A DNA stretch of 40,692 nucleotides from a virus (taxonomy: Duplodnaviria; Caudoviricetes): IMG/VR virus record IMGVR_UViG_3300006040_000004, positions 1-40,692 of that record, one strand, 5' to 3'. Each line of letters begins with the position of its first letter. Position 1 is the stretch's first letter. Both the position numbers and the translations under genes were made by a program. Of this stretch, positions 25,415 through 35,761 are shown piece by piece. The notes beneath the pieces are model-generated. The model was not told where the DNA came from and made no database searches. It saw only the letters and a program-made list of their open reading frames with translations.

Positions 25415-27195
25415 TACTCGGTTTCTTCCTGTTGAGACTGTAGCTTTGCGGCGCCCACGGTTGAGTATGATTGCACGATTGCGTTGAACCGCGTTCTCTG
25501 AGCGGGGGCTACTTTGGAAAGCACTTTACCTAGCTCTTTTGGGTTCAAATACAGTCTTGCCAAATACTCGTCTATCTCCGGCTCGATGTTACGCCCGGCC
25601 ATTTTCAGCACATAGTTAGCCATCATCGCCGGTCTGGAAAGCAGATTAGGGATAGAGACGGTTGTTTCGCCAGCCACATTTACGCCGCCCCTAAGGTCAG
25701 TCTTTTGTAGCGGGTTTTTGGAGGACACGTTCCGCTCAAGGTCTTTTACGAGCGAGCTAACATCGTCCATCTGTTGCGGCGTGAGATAGCTACTGGTGCC
25801 CTTTCTTCCGAAACCAGTCGCCTCCTTCATCAGTTTCTTCTCGTTATCCCACGCCCGAAGGAAGGTGCCGGGTGTTTCGGTGCCCGACGCGTTGAGTAAC
25901 TTGTCTTTGAGCGTGCTACCTATCTGCATAGTGTTGATGGGTTTGCTCATATCCGCAAAAACACGCTGTGCTTGTGCGTAAGAAGGCTCCGCTGCGCCTA
26001 TCTGCTCATCCAGTTTTTCTTTGATCTGACGCAGCACTTTGACATCGAACTCGTTCTTTCCATCGACGGTTTTTTTACCCATCATGTCGCCGATGTTGTC
26101 AGAAAGTGACTTTAAGTTCTGTGGGTTGTTTTCTAACCGCCACCCTTTGTCGGTCTGCACCACAAGCGCGTTCCGTATCTTTCTAAGAGGGCCGGAGATG
26201 GCGTCACGATTCACATTGTCTTTAATGATGTCGTTAATGACGCGGACAACAGGTGCCGACTTAACCGACGCGGTTGACGCTTTCACGGCATCGTACATCG
26301 GTGTGACTGCCGCCGTCCTTGCGGCGACCAGTGCCTTAATCTCATCGTCCGTACCAGCGAACGAAAGTGCTTTTTGGCCAGCCGCCCTCTGATCGGCGAC
26401 ACGCTGCCCGAACTTAGCGGAAATACCCCCCGCCTCTTGGCTCACAAGTTTTTGGTGTGCTTGAATCGGTGATCCAGAAGGGAGGTGCGCTACCGCCTGC
26501 GCCGCCGTTGGCTTGCTCCCTTTGAGGAGTTCATCTGCGTTTTTCAGAGCGAGACTAAGCTCGCCCTTGTTGGCTTCACTAATTATGGTGTTAACATACC
26601 TGTCGGCGATACGTTTTGCGCCGCCCGGAGTGACCAGGTTTGCGACATCACCAACCCGTCTGCCGACGTACTTCCCAGTTGCGATCGCGGCTGGGAGCGC
26701 AACGCCTAAAGCGCCGCCCAGCGCAGCCCCTTCTAACGCGGTGCCGTCTTCGGATAGCCCCCCTATGACGCCACCTGTAACCGCGCCACCGGCGACGTTT
26801 TTCGCCACCGCCCCCGCGCCACGGGCGAACCCTTGCCCCATAACTTTCGCAACGGGCAGTATCTTGGAAGCGCCGCCAGCAACAGCCAGTCCAACGGGGT
26901 CAACCAACGTACCGGCCAACTTATACCCCGTGTCCCCCGACATCTCGCTGGGCCATATTTTCTCGCCCAACTTGTCTTGACCGAACATCCCGCCCAACAG
27001 GTTTGCGCCGCCGCGCATCAGTCCGGTCGCGCCGACAGTGAAGTCCACAACTTTAGCCTTTCCGGGGTTCTCCGCACGCCATGCGCTTACCGCCGCTTTT
27101 CTCTGCCAGTCTTTTGTCGGCGCGGGTTTACGCGACGCAACAACGTCCGCATCAGACCACCCCTGCTCCGCAACGTCAGCATCAGACCAACTCAT
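25414..27195 (-). CDS. Internal virion / ejection protein
   Basis: Gly/Ala-rich hydrophobic N-terminal region, helical body, position in the module. Confidence 0.65.
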   Translation of the reverse strand: MSWSDADVAEQGWSDADVVASRKPAPTKDWQRKAAVSAWRAENPGKAKVVDFTVGATGLMRGGANLLGGMFGQDKLGEKIWPSEMSGDTGYKLAGTLVDPVGLAVAGGASKILPVAKVMGQGFARGAGAVAKNVAGGAVTGGVIGGLSEDGTALEGAALGGALGVALPAAIATGKYVGRRVGDVANLVTPGGAKRIADRYVNTIISEANKGELSLALKNADELLKGSKPTAAQAVAHLPSGSPIQAHQKLVSQEAGGISAKFGQRVADQRAAGQKALSFAGTDDEIKALVAARTAAVTPMYDAVKASTASVKSAPVVRVINDIIKDNVNRDAISGPLRKIRNALVVQTDKGWRLENNPQNLKSLSDNIGDMMGKKTVDGKNEFDVKVLRQIKEKLDEQIGAAEPSYAQAQRVFADMSKPINTMQIGSTLKDKLLNASGTETPGTFLRAWDNEKKLMKEATGFGRKGTSSYLTPQQMDDVSSLVKDLERNVSSKNPLQKTDLRGGVNVAGETTVSIPNLLSRPAMMANYVLKMAGRNIEPEIDEYLARLYLNPKELGKVLSKVAPAQRTRFNAIVQSYSTVGAAKLQSQQEETE

Positions 27196-28457
27196 TTGAA
27201 ACCCCTGGTTCCATCGGAATACTCGACTCCGATCCTTCCGTCTTTGAGTTTGACTTCACGGGTGACTGTTCGACCTGTGGACACGGAGTTTTCTCGTTTT
27301 GGCGCGTACCCCCTGACGTACGTGGCGGCGTAGCCCGCGTTTCTTCGCGCTATCTCTTTCTCCATCTTTACTTTGGCCGAGTTCAGTATTTTTACAAGCG
27401 CACCTTTCTCTACGGTTACGTCGCCAGCACTTATTTTTTGCAGGTACTTCAGTTCTTCATTAGAGTCACTGCCCCCGAACTCTTGTAATCTCGGGACAAC
27501 GACGTTACCGATCGCGGCGAGGTATTCCTCCGTGTTCGCCGCTTTCGTTGTGTCCATCCCAGGCGTCCACTTAACGGCCCCTTTTACTATGTTCGCGTAA
27601 GCCCCGGTATAAATGCCTTTGTCGATGGTCGCTAACGCGCCGTTAATGCTGTCGAGTCCTTCCTGCATTTTTGGTATTAGTGCAATATCTTTACCGGCCC
27701 CCGCGCCGCTCGCTCTTCCAGACGCGACCCCGGCCATAGTGATGGCGTCGAGACTCGCGGGTTTATTTCCTCTCGCTTCAGCAATCGTCCCATACTTGGG
27801 TTGCCCCGTTACTGGGTCAATATACGCGAGGGGTTGCATGCTCTCGCGGCGGCCACCGTTGGAACCTGCGGCATGAACTTCCTTCATCAACTGGGCGATC
27901 TTCAGGTCAGTCGCCTCCGCACGTTTTGACGCGTCGTCACGTTGTTGGATAGACAGCCTACGATCCTCCGAAGCCGCTTCATCTCTTGCTTTAATCTGCT
28001 CCAACTGTTTCAGCTTGAACTCCATCGCTTCTTGTTCGGCAAAGTCCTGCTTCCGCGAGGCCAGGTCTACCCCGGCCTGCGCCCGCTCCGCTTCGGCACG
28101 CTCCCGCACCATCTGTTGCGCGGCCTGCGCAGCGATGTGCGCTTGCTGCGGCATCCCGGCGTCATTGAACCGTTTGGCTATCTCCATCAAGCCTTCTGGT
28201 GTCTGAGTGTCTGCGCCCTGCATGATGGCTTGCTGTTGCTTCGCCTGCACAACGGCGGTCGGTTCGATGCCCATCATGCCCATGCCGCCTCTGACGGCGG
28301 CGCCGCCCATATTGGCGTATGCCTGAGCCTTGAGCTGGCCTGGCGACCCCGCAGCCGAGCTGAACGCCTGTGACGCAATGGCGTTCTGCTGATCCTGTAT
28401 TCTCCGGTACTCATCTTGCGGGCTAGGCCCGAACAAGCTGGAAACTATCTCTGCCAT
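27192..28457 (-). CDS. Internal virion / ejection protein
   Basis: Gln/Ala-rich coiled-coil character, position in the module. Confidence 0.65.
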   Translation of the reverse strand: MAEIVSSLFGPSPQDEYRRIQDQQNAIASQAFSSAAGSPGQLKAQAYANMGGAAVRGGMGMMGIEPTAVVQAKQQQAIMQGADTQTPEGLMEIAKRFNDAGMPQQAHIAAQAAQQMVRERAEAERAQAGVDLASRKQDFAEQEAMEFKLKQLEQIKARDEAASEDRRLSIQQRDDASKRAEATDLKIAQLMKEVHAAGSNGGRRESMQPLAYIDPVTGQPKYGTIAEARGNKPASLDAITMAGVASGRASGAGAGKDIALIPKMQEGLDSINGALATIDKGIYTGAYANIVKGAVKWTPGMDTTKAANTEEYLAAIGNVVVPRLQEFGGSDSNEELKYLQKISAGDVTVEKGALVKILNSAKVKMEKEIARRNAGYAATYVRGYAPKRENSVSTGRTVTREVKLKDGRIGVEYSDGTRGFK

Positions 28458-28480
28458 TGGTTATCCCTCTGCCGTAGGTG

Positions 28481-28552
28481 CTACACCCACCACTACACCC
28501 ACCACTACACCCACCACTACACCCACCACTACACCCACCACTACACCCACCA
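28481..28552. repeat. 12-bp tandem repeat CTACACCCACCA x6
   Basis: Read directly; on the minus strand it is TGGTGGGTGTAG (WWV-stop). Confidence 0.95.
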
Positions 28553-29731
28553 CTGCTGCGGCTGCTGCGGCTGCTGCGGCTGCTGCTGTTGATAGTAATT
28601 CCCCAACATCTGACTTCCGGCGGTCAATACCGTTCCCCACGGGCTGATCTGGTTCACATCCTGCATCGTCCTCGCGGCGCCCTCCATGCCTCGACCGAGC
28701 AACATCCCGGACTGGGCGGACGCCGCCGTGCCTTTCGCGCCGATGTTGATGCCTTGATCCAGCGCGTTCTGCCCGAGACCTTCGATATATGAAGCCCCAC
28801 CGAGAGCCGTGGAATACGGGGTATATGCGTCCCGCTGAACCCCGTACATGCTGCTCAACATGTCACCGCCTGCCCCGACCATACCGCTGCCGAACCGAGC
28901 GTAGTCCATCCCGCCCCGCGTGGCGTCCGCCGCCATACCTAAATCCTGCTGTTGCAACGAGTTGTAGTACGCTGCCATTTCGGGGTTCGCAGCCATCTGC
29001 CCGGCGTTCCCGCCGATAGCCAGGCCGCCTCGACCTTGTGCCTGTAGCTGGGCACGGAGATCGGCTAATTGGTTGGCTCTCGGAGCCGCCAGCAACGCCT
29101 GCTGCTCCTGCATGTACTTGGCGGCCTGCTGCTGTGGCGTGGTGCCCAAGTACCCCTGGCCGAGAGTCATCATCGTTCCTGCGGCCTGCCCCATCGGAGC
29201 GGTGGCGGCCTGGGAATTGGTGAATTGTGATAAGAAGCTGCTCTCCTGTCGTTTTTTTCTTTCAGCAACCGCAGCGTCATAAGCGGCCTGCCCGCCCGGT
29301 AGTCTCGCTGCTACGGCAGGAGTTCCGGGAGTTCCGTAGAACCCAGATGCCCCCACGGCTGCCAAGAGCCCCGAGGACGCCTTTCCCCGCCTCGCGGCTA
29401 CGGCGGGAGTTCCGGGAGTTTCAAAGTAATCTGCGTAATTGGGTGCTGCGCCACCGCCCGCAGCCATCATCAACCCCTCTTGCTGGGAACGAAGATCGGG
29501 GGACAGGTCGTACCTCGCAGAGTTCAGATTACCTTTATCGTCATACCCGAAACGCGACGCGCCAAAGTTGGTGGTCACACCCATGGGACGGAATTTCGCG
29601 GCATCGGCGGCGATTCTTGCCGCCTGTAACTGCGCGTCGGCGCTGGTTTCCGCAGCCCCTTGCGCGGCTTCCCCTTGCAGGTACCCCCCGACCAAAGCCC
29701 CTCCAGCAACAGCAACAGCAACCCAAGCCAT
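28541..29731 (-). CDS. Internal virion / DNA pilot-like protein
   Basis: MAWVAVAVAGGALVGG N-terminus; Gln/Ala/Gly-rich. Confidence 0.7.
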   Translation of the reverse strand: MAWVAVAVAGGALVGGYLQGEAAQGAAETSADAQLQAARIAADAAKFRPMGVTTNFGASRFGYDDKGNLNSARYDLSPDLRSQQEGLMMAAGGGAAPNYADYFETPGTPAVAARRGKASSGLLAAVGASGFYGTPGTPAVAARLPGGQAAYDAAVAERKKRQESSFLSQFTNSQAATAPMGQAAGTMMTLGQGYLGTTPQQQAAKYMQEQQALLAAPRANQLADLRAQLQAQGRGGLAIGGNAGQMAANPEMAAYYNSLQQQDLGMAADATRGGMDYARFGSGMVGAGGDMLSSMYGVQRDAYTPYSTALGGASYIEGLGQNALDQGINIGAKGTAASAQSGMLLGRGMEGAARTMQDVNQISPWGTVLTAGSQMLGNYYQQQQPQQPQQPQQWWV

Positions 29732-29732
29732 A

Positions 29733-30170
29733 TCACGCGCCCCCTAAAAGTAGTTCATTGCAATGAGTCAGGTATTCCTGCTCGTCTTTCGCGATAAACG
29801 TCCGTTCTATCAATTCAACGTCGGTCTCGTTGGTCCCGTGAACCGTAATCCATACGGTGTCTTCGTGGGCGTAGCCAACTCGTTTCGTACCGGGAGGAGA
29901 AACCAGAACCGAAGGTGCGGCCAATCGCCTAACACCACTCTCCGTAAGAACTGAAATCTCACCCTTGGCGATTATGTTGACCTGAGAATACTTGTGAACT
30001 TTTCCAGTCAACAGTGTGTCTTTTGGAATGAATATCTCTCTGGCGTATACGTCTTGTGCAAAATGGTGATGCGTTGGGATGTCTACCTGCGCGTGCTTCA
30101 GAAGCTCGTTCTCAATGATCTGCACCTTGGCGGTCATCGACTCATTGCCTGTCCGAGGTGCGTTACTCAT
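29733..30170 (-). CDS. Cupin-like protein
   Basis: HHHFAQDVYAREIFIPK..LTGKVHKY...PPGTKRVGYAHEDTVWITVH. Confidence 0.75.
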   Translation of the reverse strand: MSNAPRTGNESMTAKVQIIENELLKHAQVDIPTHHHFAQDVYAREIFIPKDTLLTGKVHKYSQVNIIAKGEISVLTESGVRRLAAPSVLVSPPGTKRVGYAHEDTVWITVHGTNETDVELIERTFIAKDEQEYLTHCNELLLGGA

Positions 30171-30478
30171 TTTTGCAACGCTCCAGATTGTTCTAATTTT
30201 TGTAGTGTCTCAGGCGAAACAGGCACAAGATTACCGCCTCGGTCAACACTGCCACGAATCTGACCCTGCTCGTCCCAGACAACAGAGCCATCACCCGAAA
30301 CAAAGAATTTCTTCCCTTCGTACTCTGCAACACCGTTGACTACTGGGCGAGTAATGCCGTGATACGTCAACTCCCCGTTGTACGGCTTTTTACCAGCCGA
30401 CCCGCCTTGAGCCATCATCCCGCCTTGAGGCGCGGGAGAGGGTTCTTGGAACATACCATTCATCATCCCGTCCATCAT
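30167..30478 (-). CDS. Hypothetical protein
   Basis: Coupled ORF in the structural operon. Confidence 0.65.
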   Translation of the reverse strand: MMDGMMNGMFQEPSPAPQGGMMAQGGSAGKKPYNGELTYHGITRPVVNGVAEYEGKKFFVSGDGSVVWDEQGQIRGSVDRGGNLVPVSPETLQKLEQSGALQK

Positions 30479-30660
30479 CGGCGAAGCCCCGCTCTGGGGG
30501 CGGTCTTGGGCGGTGCAGGCCGGACAGGCGCGGCTACGACAGGCGCGGCTACGACAGGCGCGACCTCTTCATAGTGCGCCTCCCTGCGCATCGACACGAT
30601 GTCGTCGGAGTTCTCGAATGACACCGTGTTACCCGATTGCTTGCACCGGAAAGTTACCAC
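30475..30660 (-). CDS. Hypothetical protein
   Basis: Coupled ORF in the structural operon. Confidence 0.65.
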   Translation of the reverse strand: MVTFRCKQSGNTVSFENSDDIVSMRREAHYEEVAPVVAAPVVAAPVRPAPPKTAPRAGLRR

Positions 30661-30977
30661 GATGGGCGGCCAACCATGAACTTGCCGGTAGTAGACGCCA
30701 GGTCAATCGCGCCTGCGGAGTTGTTCAGTAACGTCAAAGTCACGACGTTCGCCGCCGTCACCGCGCCGCCGATAACCGCGTCTACTGTGTCGACCCTGAC
30801 GGAGACGCCGAACACGATGTCGCCAAGCGCCACGCCGGGGACGGTTAAGTCAACACTGGCGAAAGTGCCCGAGCCGGTCGCTGCGGCGGCGAAGTCCAGT
30901 GTCGTCTCGGTGCATAGCCAGAGTTCGGAGAACGCACCCTGGAACTGTTTGCTGCCTCGTTCAATTCTTAAAGCCAT
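30654..30977 (-). CDS. Capsid decoration / minor structural protein
   Basis: AAGGAG RBS; TVPGVALGD..V.AANVVT motif; just downstream of capsid. Confidence 0.65.
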   Translation of the reverse strand: MALRIERGSKQFQGAFSELWLCTETTLDFAAAATGSGTFASVDLTVPGVALGDIVFGVSVRVDTVDAVIGGAVTAANVVTLTLLNNSAGAIDLASTTGKFMVGRPSW

Positions 30978-30989
30978 GATGGTTCTCCT

Positions 30990-31118
30990 TTATTTCTTGG
31001 ATTTCTTGACGACCGCACGCTGCTTGGGGTCGGTCATGTCGGGGTATGTCGCAGCCTTGGCCGACTTCCCGGCGTATGCCGGATTCGGCTTCGGTGGTTT
31101 CGCGTAGTTGTTTTTCAT
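30990..31118 (-). CDS. Small basic hypothetical protein (42 aa)
   Basis: AGGA RBS; MKNNYAKPPKPNPAYAGK... Confidence 0.45.
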   Translation of the reverse strand: MKNNYAKPPKPNPAYAGKSAKAATYPDMTDPKQRAVVKKSKK

Positions 31119-31131
31119 ATCATCCTATCCT

Positions 31132-31163
31132 AAAAATCCCCCGGCGAATTTATCACCGGGGGG
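31132..31163 (-). terminator. Rho-independent terminator after the capsid gene
   Basis: CCCCCGG/CCGGGGG stem followed by a T-tract on the minus strand. Confidence 0.6.
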
Positions 31164-31173
31164 GGGGGCGGGG

Positions 31174-32208
31174 TTACGCAGGCACAATAATCGCAACAGA
31201 GCCATAGTCACGCAATTCAGCAGTGCCGAACAGGCAATCGGCGGTCACAAGATAGCCGAGGTACTCTTGCTTGTACTGCTGTTGGACACGGACACTCTGT
31301 GCCTCCGCCAGTACCATTGCGTCGGGATGAACCAACAGGCAAGCCCGGTACTTGGTATCGGTTGGGGAGGTTGTGTTCCAGTCAACCGTCAGGCCGAAGT
31401 CGTCCACGAAGGAAGCGCCGGTCGGTGCTGCGGAGGTGAATGTGACAGATTGGGTGCCGGTCACGCTGTTGACGTGAATCCAAGGGCACAGACTTGAGGT
31501 ATACACCTCGATGCCGTACAGGTTGCCAATACGCCCGGTGCGGATCGCCGCGCCGTTGCCGACAAACGCCTGTTCGGTGAATCGAGCGATACCGCGCAGC
31601 GTCTTGATGACCGATGGAGGCACGACTAGACCCGCCTCAGACGTATTAACGTCGGCGTCTTCCAGCAACTGCATGGCTTGTCGCAGCCCCGCATCACTCA
31701 ACGCGGAACCGTTACCGTTGGACGCACCTGAGAAGTTGGTCAAGCCGTCGCCGCCGATGACGCCTTTTTCGTACAAGGATGTCGCACCCGTGATGACGCC
31801 GCCTTGCGCCTGAGCGCCCAGTTTGTGCAGTTCTGCATCGACGCGTCGGGCAAGCGCGTACCCCGCGTCCTTGGTGTAGAAGCCGCGCATGCCGTTAAGG
31901 GCGAGCATGCTCGGGACGTCTTCATACATGCGGGACAGTTCGTAGTGCTGATTGATAGCGATCAGGATTTCGCCAGCAGTATCTGCGACCAGCGTGACCT
32001 GAGCGTTCGCCGCTTTCTTGGAGGCGTTGCCGCGTCCAGGGTTGGGGCGGATGATGGTATCGCCCTTGTTTTTGGCGTGGCGCATGACTTCGACGAGGCC
32101 GCGCATTACGGTTTTCGCTTCGTAAGTCGCGATTGCCTCGTCCTGCCACATCTGCGGAATCCATTTATCCGCATTAGTGACTGTAATATGATCTGTACCT
32201 AGTGGCAT
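31174..32208 (-). CDS. Major capsid protein
   Basis: WIPQMW, KGDTI, AGYALARRVD, G.IGNLYGIEVY.S, ADCLFG.AELRD. Confidence 0.9.
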   Translation of the reverse strand: MPLGTDHITVTNADKWIPQMWQDEAIATYEAKTVMRGLVEVMRHAKNKGDTIIRPNPGRGNASKKAANAQVTLVADTAGEILIAINQHYELSRMYEDVPSMLALNGMRGFYTKDAGYALARRVDAELHKLGAQAQGGVITGATSLYEKGVIGGDGLTNFSGASNGNGSALSDAGLRQAMQLLEDADVNTSEAGLVVPPSVIKTLRGIARFTEQAFVGNGAAIRTGRIGNLYGIEVYTSSLCPWIHVNSVTGTQSVTFTSAAPTGASFVDDFGLTVDWNTTSPTDTKYRACLLVHPDAMVLAEAQSVRVQQQYKQEYLGYLVTADCLFGTAELRDYGSVAIIVPA

Positions 32209-32259
32209 GATAATTCTCCTAAAATGAGGTTATCCGACACCAAGTTTGATGCCGGAGGT

Positions 32260-33021
32260 TTAGCGGACACGACCCTCTGCGTATGCGGCCATGATCTCGT
32301 CTTGCATGGACTCATACCGTTTGCGGTCGGTCGTCATCAGTTTCATAATGTCAGTGCGTCGGTAGACTTTCTTTGAGCTTTCCCCGCTGCCCCCGGAAGG
32401 CACACTTGCTGCGTTCATCGCCGTGCTTCGAGCCGATTTCTCGACATCCGAAACCGCCGCCTGACGCACCGAGCGCACCTCCTTATACGTCGAAAACAGC
32501 TCATCTGCCGCTTCTACGTCATAGGCATTGGCGTTCTGGAAAAGCTGCTTCCGTATGTTGCTCTTGCCCACCCAGTCCATGAAACCTTGCTCCTGGAGGA
32601 GTTGAGAGTAATCCGGGTGCAGACTCGCCATTTGTTGCTGCGCCAACGTCTTCCGTGCAGTTTCTGCCTGCGCCGCTACCGACTGGACTGTTGGATTAGC
32701 CTCAATCGCCCGGCGAATAGCTTCTTTCGGGTTCTCAAAAATGTCAATCTCTTCACTGACAACGTGTTCTTGTTCTCGGTGCAACTGCGACTTGATAAGC
32801 TCGTCGGCCAGTTTTCGGACTTCCCCAAGCTCGTTCGCTTGTTTACCCATTTGACTGCGGTAAAAGAGTGCGGACTTTGCAATCTCCGAGATTGTCTTGC
32901 CCTTGAACTCGTCAGGCAGAATATCTTCGATGGCACTCTTAGCTTCGATCTCCGGTGCGGCTGTTCCGACCTCCGGTGCAACTGTGTCTAGCTCGCCTAA
33001 TTCGGCAAAGTCGTCTTGCAT
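32260..33021 (-). CDS. Scaffolding protein
   Basis: Acidic N-terminus; C-terminal EIMAAYAEGRVR; upstream of capsid; AGGAG RBS. Confidence 0.8.
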   Translation of the reverse strand: MQDDFAELGELDTVAPEVGTAAPEIEAKSAIEDILPDEFKGKTISEIAKSALFYRSQMGKQANELGEVRKLADELIKSQLHREQEHVVSEEIDIFENPKEAIRRAIEANPTVQSVAAQAETARKTLAQQQMASLHPDYSQLLQEQGFMDWVGKSNIRKQLFQNANAYDVEAADELFSTYKEVRSVRQAAVSDVEKSARSTAMNAASVPSGGSGESSKKVYRRTDIMKLMTTDRKRYESMQDEIMAAYAEGRVR

Positions 33022-33102
33022 TTTAATTCTCCTGTGCCCAGTCGGGTCTGCATCCCCTAAGTTAGGGACTAGCGCAATAAATAACACATTAAAAGATAAT
33101 AA

Positions 33103-33327
33103 TCAACTTTTTCTCTGCCGGTGCCTCTTTTCCCGAATTGTCGCCCATCGGCCATACGCGGTAGGGAAGTCGGGGTCGGTGCCGTCAAGCCGGATTGTCG
33201 CCACGCTGATCATTTTCTCAGCGTTTGCGCCGCATTTGTAACAGGGGAAATACGCCGTGTCTGCGTCCACAAACCGCTCGGTGATGCACCCGCACCCACA
33301 CTTAAAGTCCCGTAAAATGCGCATCAC
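33103..33327 (-). CDS. FmdB-like zinc ribbon protein
   Basis: DFKCGCG...CYKCG. Confidence 0.75.
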   Translation of the reverse strand: MMRILRDFKCGCGCITERFVDADTAYFPCYKCGANAEKMISVATIRLDGTDPDFPTAYGRWATIREKRHRQRKS

Positions 33328-33569
33328 TCATCCTCCTCCTGCGCTACGACGGCGCGGCTCATGTCTTCCAGCGTGAGTAGCCAGTTCATGATTGACAACT
33401 CGCCGCGCCTGAAGTGGAGCGTCTTTTCGTCGTTGATGGACACAATGTTGTTTGTTGCCGCGTGCATCGCTTTAACGTCTTCGATCAGATCACGCCACCC
33501 ATCAGACGCCATCATATCGAAACGGGCCTCATAGTACTTCTTCAAGTCCTCAGTCATCGTCATCTTCAT
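33324..33569 (-). CDS. Phage hypothetical protein
   Basis: YYEARFDMMASDGWRDL...RGEL; start uncertain. Confidence 0.7.
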   Translation of the reverse strand: MKMTMTEDLKKYYEARFDMMASDGWRDLIEDVKAMHAATNNIVSINDEKTLHFRRGELSIMNWLLTLEDMSRAVVAQEEDE

Positions 33570-35259
33570 CCCCCAATAAGTACGCCACAATCCACACCAG
33601 GTCGTCGTGTACGACCTGTTCAATTCTCTGTGCTTCTTTCTTCTCTTCCACCCACCGGAGCGCTTGCAGTTTTATCTTCTGCGTTTCGATCGCGACCTTG
33701 AGCCTCGCGATTAGCCCTGGGTCGGGGGTGGCGTACATCTCATCCTGGATCAGCGTGACCTTGGACTCGACCTCCTCTCTTCTACCGACGATCTCAGTGT
33801 AGGGGAGTTCAAAATACTCTTTTTTGTACCGTCCGAGCGCCTTCTGGGCTTTGCGGGTTCTCGGAGCGACATATGTCTCCCACCCGCCGCCCTGCCGACC
33901 CGAAGAAATGGACGCACCATAGAATACATCTGGGTCGGTGAATAGGCTAGCTGTGAGCGTCTGTAGGGATGCCGCAGATACCGCGTGGGCGTAAAACGTG
34001 TCAGGATCGGTAAACAGTGCGGGGGTAAGCGTGACTGCCCCTACCGTGACCGTGTGCGCGTAGAACGTGTCCGCGTCCACGAATAGGGACGGCGCGAGCG
34101 TGATGCTCGCCGCGAGGGTCGCTGCGTAGAACGTGTCTGCGTCGGTAAATAACGCCGGGGTGAGCGTGATGCTCGACTGTAACGATGCGGCGTAGAACGT
34201 ATCTGGATCGGTAAATAGATCGGCGGTAAGCGTCTGGAACGCGCCGTCAGCGGACACCACGGCGGCGTAGAACGTGTCGGCGTCTGTAAACAGCGCCGGT
34301 GCAAGCGTGACTCCCCCTGCGGCAACGGTGTGGGCGTAAAACGCATCTGCGTCGGTGAATAGCGCAGGCGCGAGCGCGATGCTCGCCGCAAGCGTCGCCG
34401 CATAGAACGTGTCGGCGTCTGTAAATAGTGATGGAGAGAGCGTTAACGCGCCAGGGGTGACGGTCGCCGCGTAGAATGTGTCAGCGTCGGTGAACAGGTT
34501 GGGAGAGAGTGTTACGTCACTCGCCCCACTAGCCTCCACATATATATTGCGCTCGAGTGGCGGGAAGATTTGCCAGGGGTTTTTTAGTAATTCATATACT
34601 TCAGTCTCTGTCCACGCCCTCCCGGCTAACGCCTGTAATGCGCACGCTGCGGCTGGGTTGCGCGCATTAAGGCTATCTCCAACCTCAACCCTAGATGTTG
34701 CCGTGTACGATATGACCCCCGCCACCGAGGCAGTTACTTTTTCAACAACTCCCGTGGATAAGTTTTTTACATAGAGCTTTTGGCTGCCGCTTTCCGCAGT
34801 GCCGATTATTAAGTACAGCCCTGATGTATAGGATATGCCCGCGGTAGCTAAATTATTAAATGTTGTGGTGTTGTTATGCGTTAAAAATATGTTGTCATTA
34901 CCGGCTGTATTTCTCTTTAGTGCCATGCCAACATATGGAGCGGTATTTGCGGCGTCGTAAGTTGTCCCGCCAATGGACGCCGCAATGGTAGCCGTTCCTA
35001 AGAGTTCACCAAGCCACAAAATTGATGCGGCAGGCGTTTTTTCCTGCGCGGTCGCTGCCCTGTACAGCGACGAGTTATTACTTGCGAATCTCTTTTCGCG
35101 GCCAATGGGTGAAACAATATCTGTAGGCGATGCAATGGCAGTCAGGCCTGCTTGATTGATCGGCGTAAACGCAGAAACAACGCCAAACGGATTACTCCGA
35201 TCAATCGCAACAGGGTATTGCGGTTGTCTATTCCACTGGATGCGGCGCTTAAATGACAT
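33550..35259 (-). CDS. Virion protein with LamG/ConA-like N-terminal domain and internal repeats
   Basis: N-terminal domain ends RAWTETEV.EL..NPWQ; about 9 copies of L.P.LFTD.DTFYA. Confidence 0.65.
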   Translation of the reverse strand: MSFKRRIQWNRQPQYPVAIDRSNPFGVVSAFTPINQAGLTAIASPTDIVSPIGREKRFASNNSSLYRAATAQEKTPAASILWLGELLGTATIAASIGGTTYDAANTAPYVGMALKRNTAGNDNIFLTHNNTTTFNNLATAGISYTSGLYLIIGTAESGSQKLYVKNLSTGVVEKVTASVAGVISYTATSRVEVGDSLNARNPAAACALQALAGRAWTETEVYELLKNPWQIFPPLERNIYVEASGASDVTLSPNLFTDADTFYAATVTPGALTLSPSLFTDADTFYAATLAASIALAPALFTDADAFYAHTVAAGGVTLAPALFTDADTFYAAVVSADGAFQTLTADLFTDPDTFYAASLQSSITLTPALFTDADTFYAATLAASITLAPSLFVDADTFYAHTVTVGAVTLTPALFTDPDTFYAHAVSAASLQTLTASLFTDPDVFYGASISSGRQGGGWETYVAPRTRKAQKALGRYKKEYFELPYTEIVGRREEVESKVTLIQDEMYATPDPGLIARLKVAIETQKIKLQALRWVEEKKEAQRIEQVVHDDLVWIVAYLLGDEDDDD

Positions 35260-35260
35260 T

Positions 35261-35761
35261 TTAGGTCGCGGTGTACTTTATCCCACGCCAACTCCAAATG
35301 GCCGACTGTGCCGCTGCTAAAGCCGCTGCGTGGTTGTGCGCAAGGTACAGGCCGCAGAACGCCGGTACATTTCCGTAAAACTGGCTGGCGACACAAAATG
35401 GCAAAATGGGGTATTTAAGACCGGCAGTGACAGCGGTAGCGGCAGGCGAAGCTACCCATCTCAGCGCCTGCCTCACGGCGTCATGCGTCAACGTCTCAGC
35501 GCTTGCCACGCCATCAAGCGTGTCTATTGGAGTGGTCGCAAGAGATACGTCCGAACCCCACAAATACAACTGGATCTGCTGGCCTATTACTGAGCCGGTG
35601 GTCGCATTACATAAGATGCCGTCACATGAGATTTCGATGTCATCCCATCGCGTGGTTGTGTTGTCGATTTCGTTACTCTCGACGCCAACGAGAAATGTAC
35701 TCGACGTGGCAAGGCTGGACACGTCAAAAGTCAGGGATTGTACCGCGCCGTAGGTGATCAT
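35261..35761 (-). CDS. Hypothetical virion protein
   Basis: Coupled ORF. Confidence 0.65.
   Translation of the reverse strand: MITYGAVQSLTFDVSSLATSSTFLVGVESNEIDNTTTRWDDIEISCDGILCNATTGSVIGQQIQLYLWGSDVSLATTPIDTLDGVASAETLTHDAVRQALRWVASPAATAVTAGLKYPILPFCVASQFYGNVPAFCGLYLAHNHAAALAAAQSAIWSWRGIKYTAT

Noticed and set aside
28481-28552. CRISPR array
   Set aside because: Head-to-tail 12-bp repeat with no spacers
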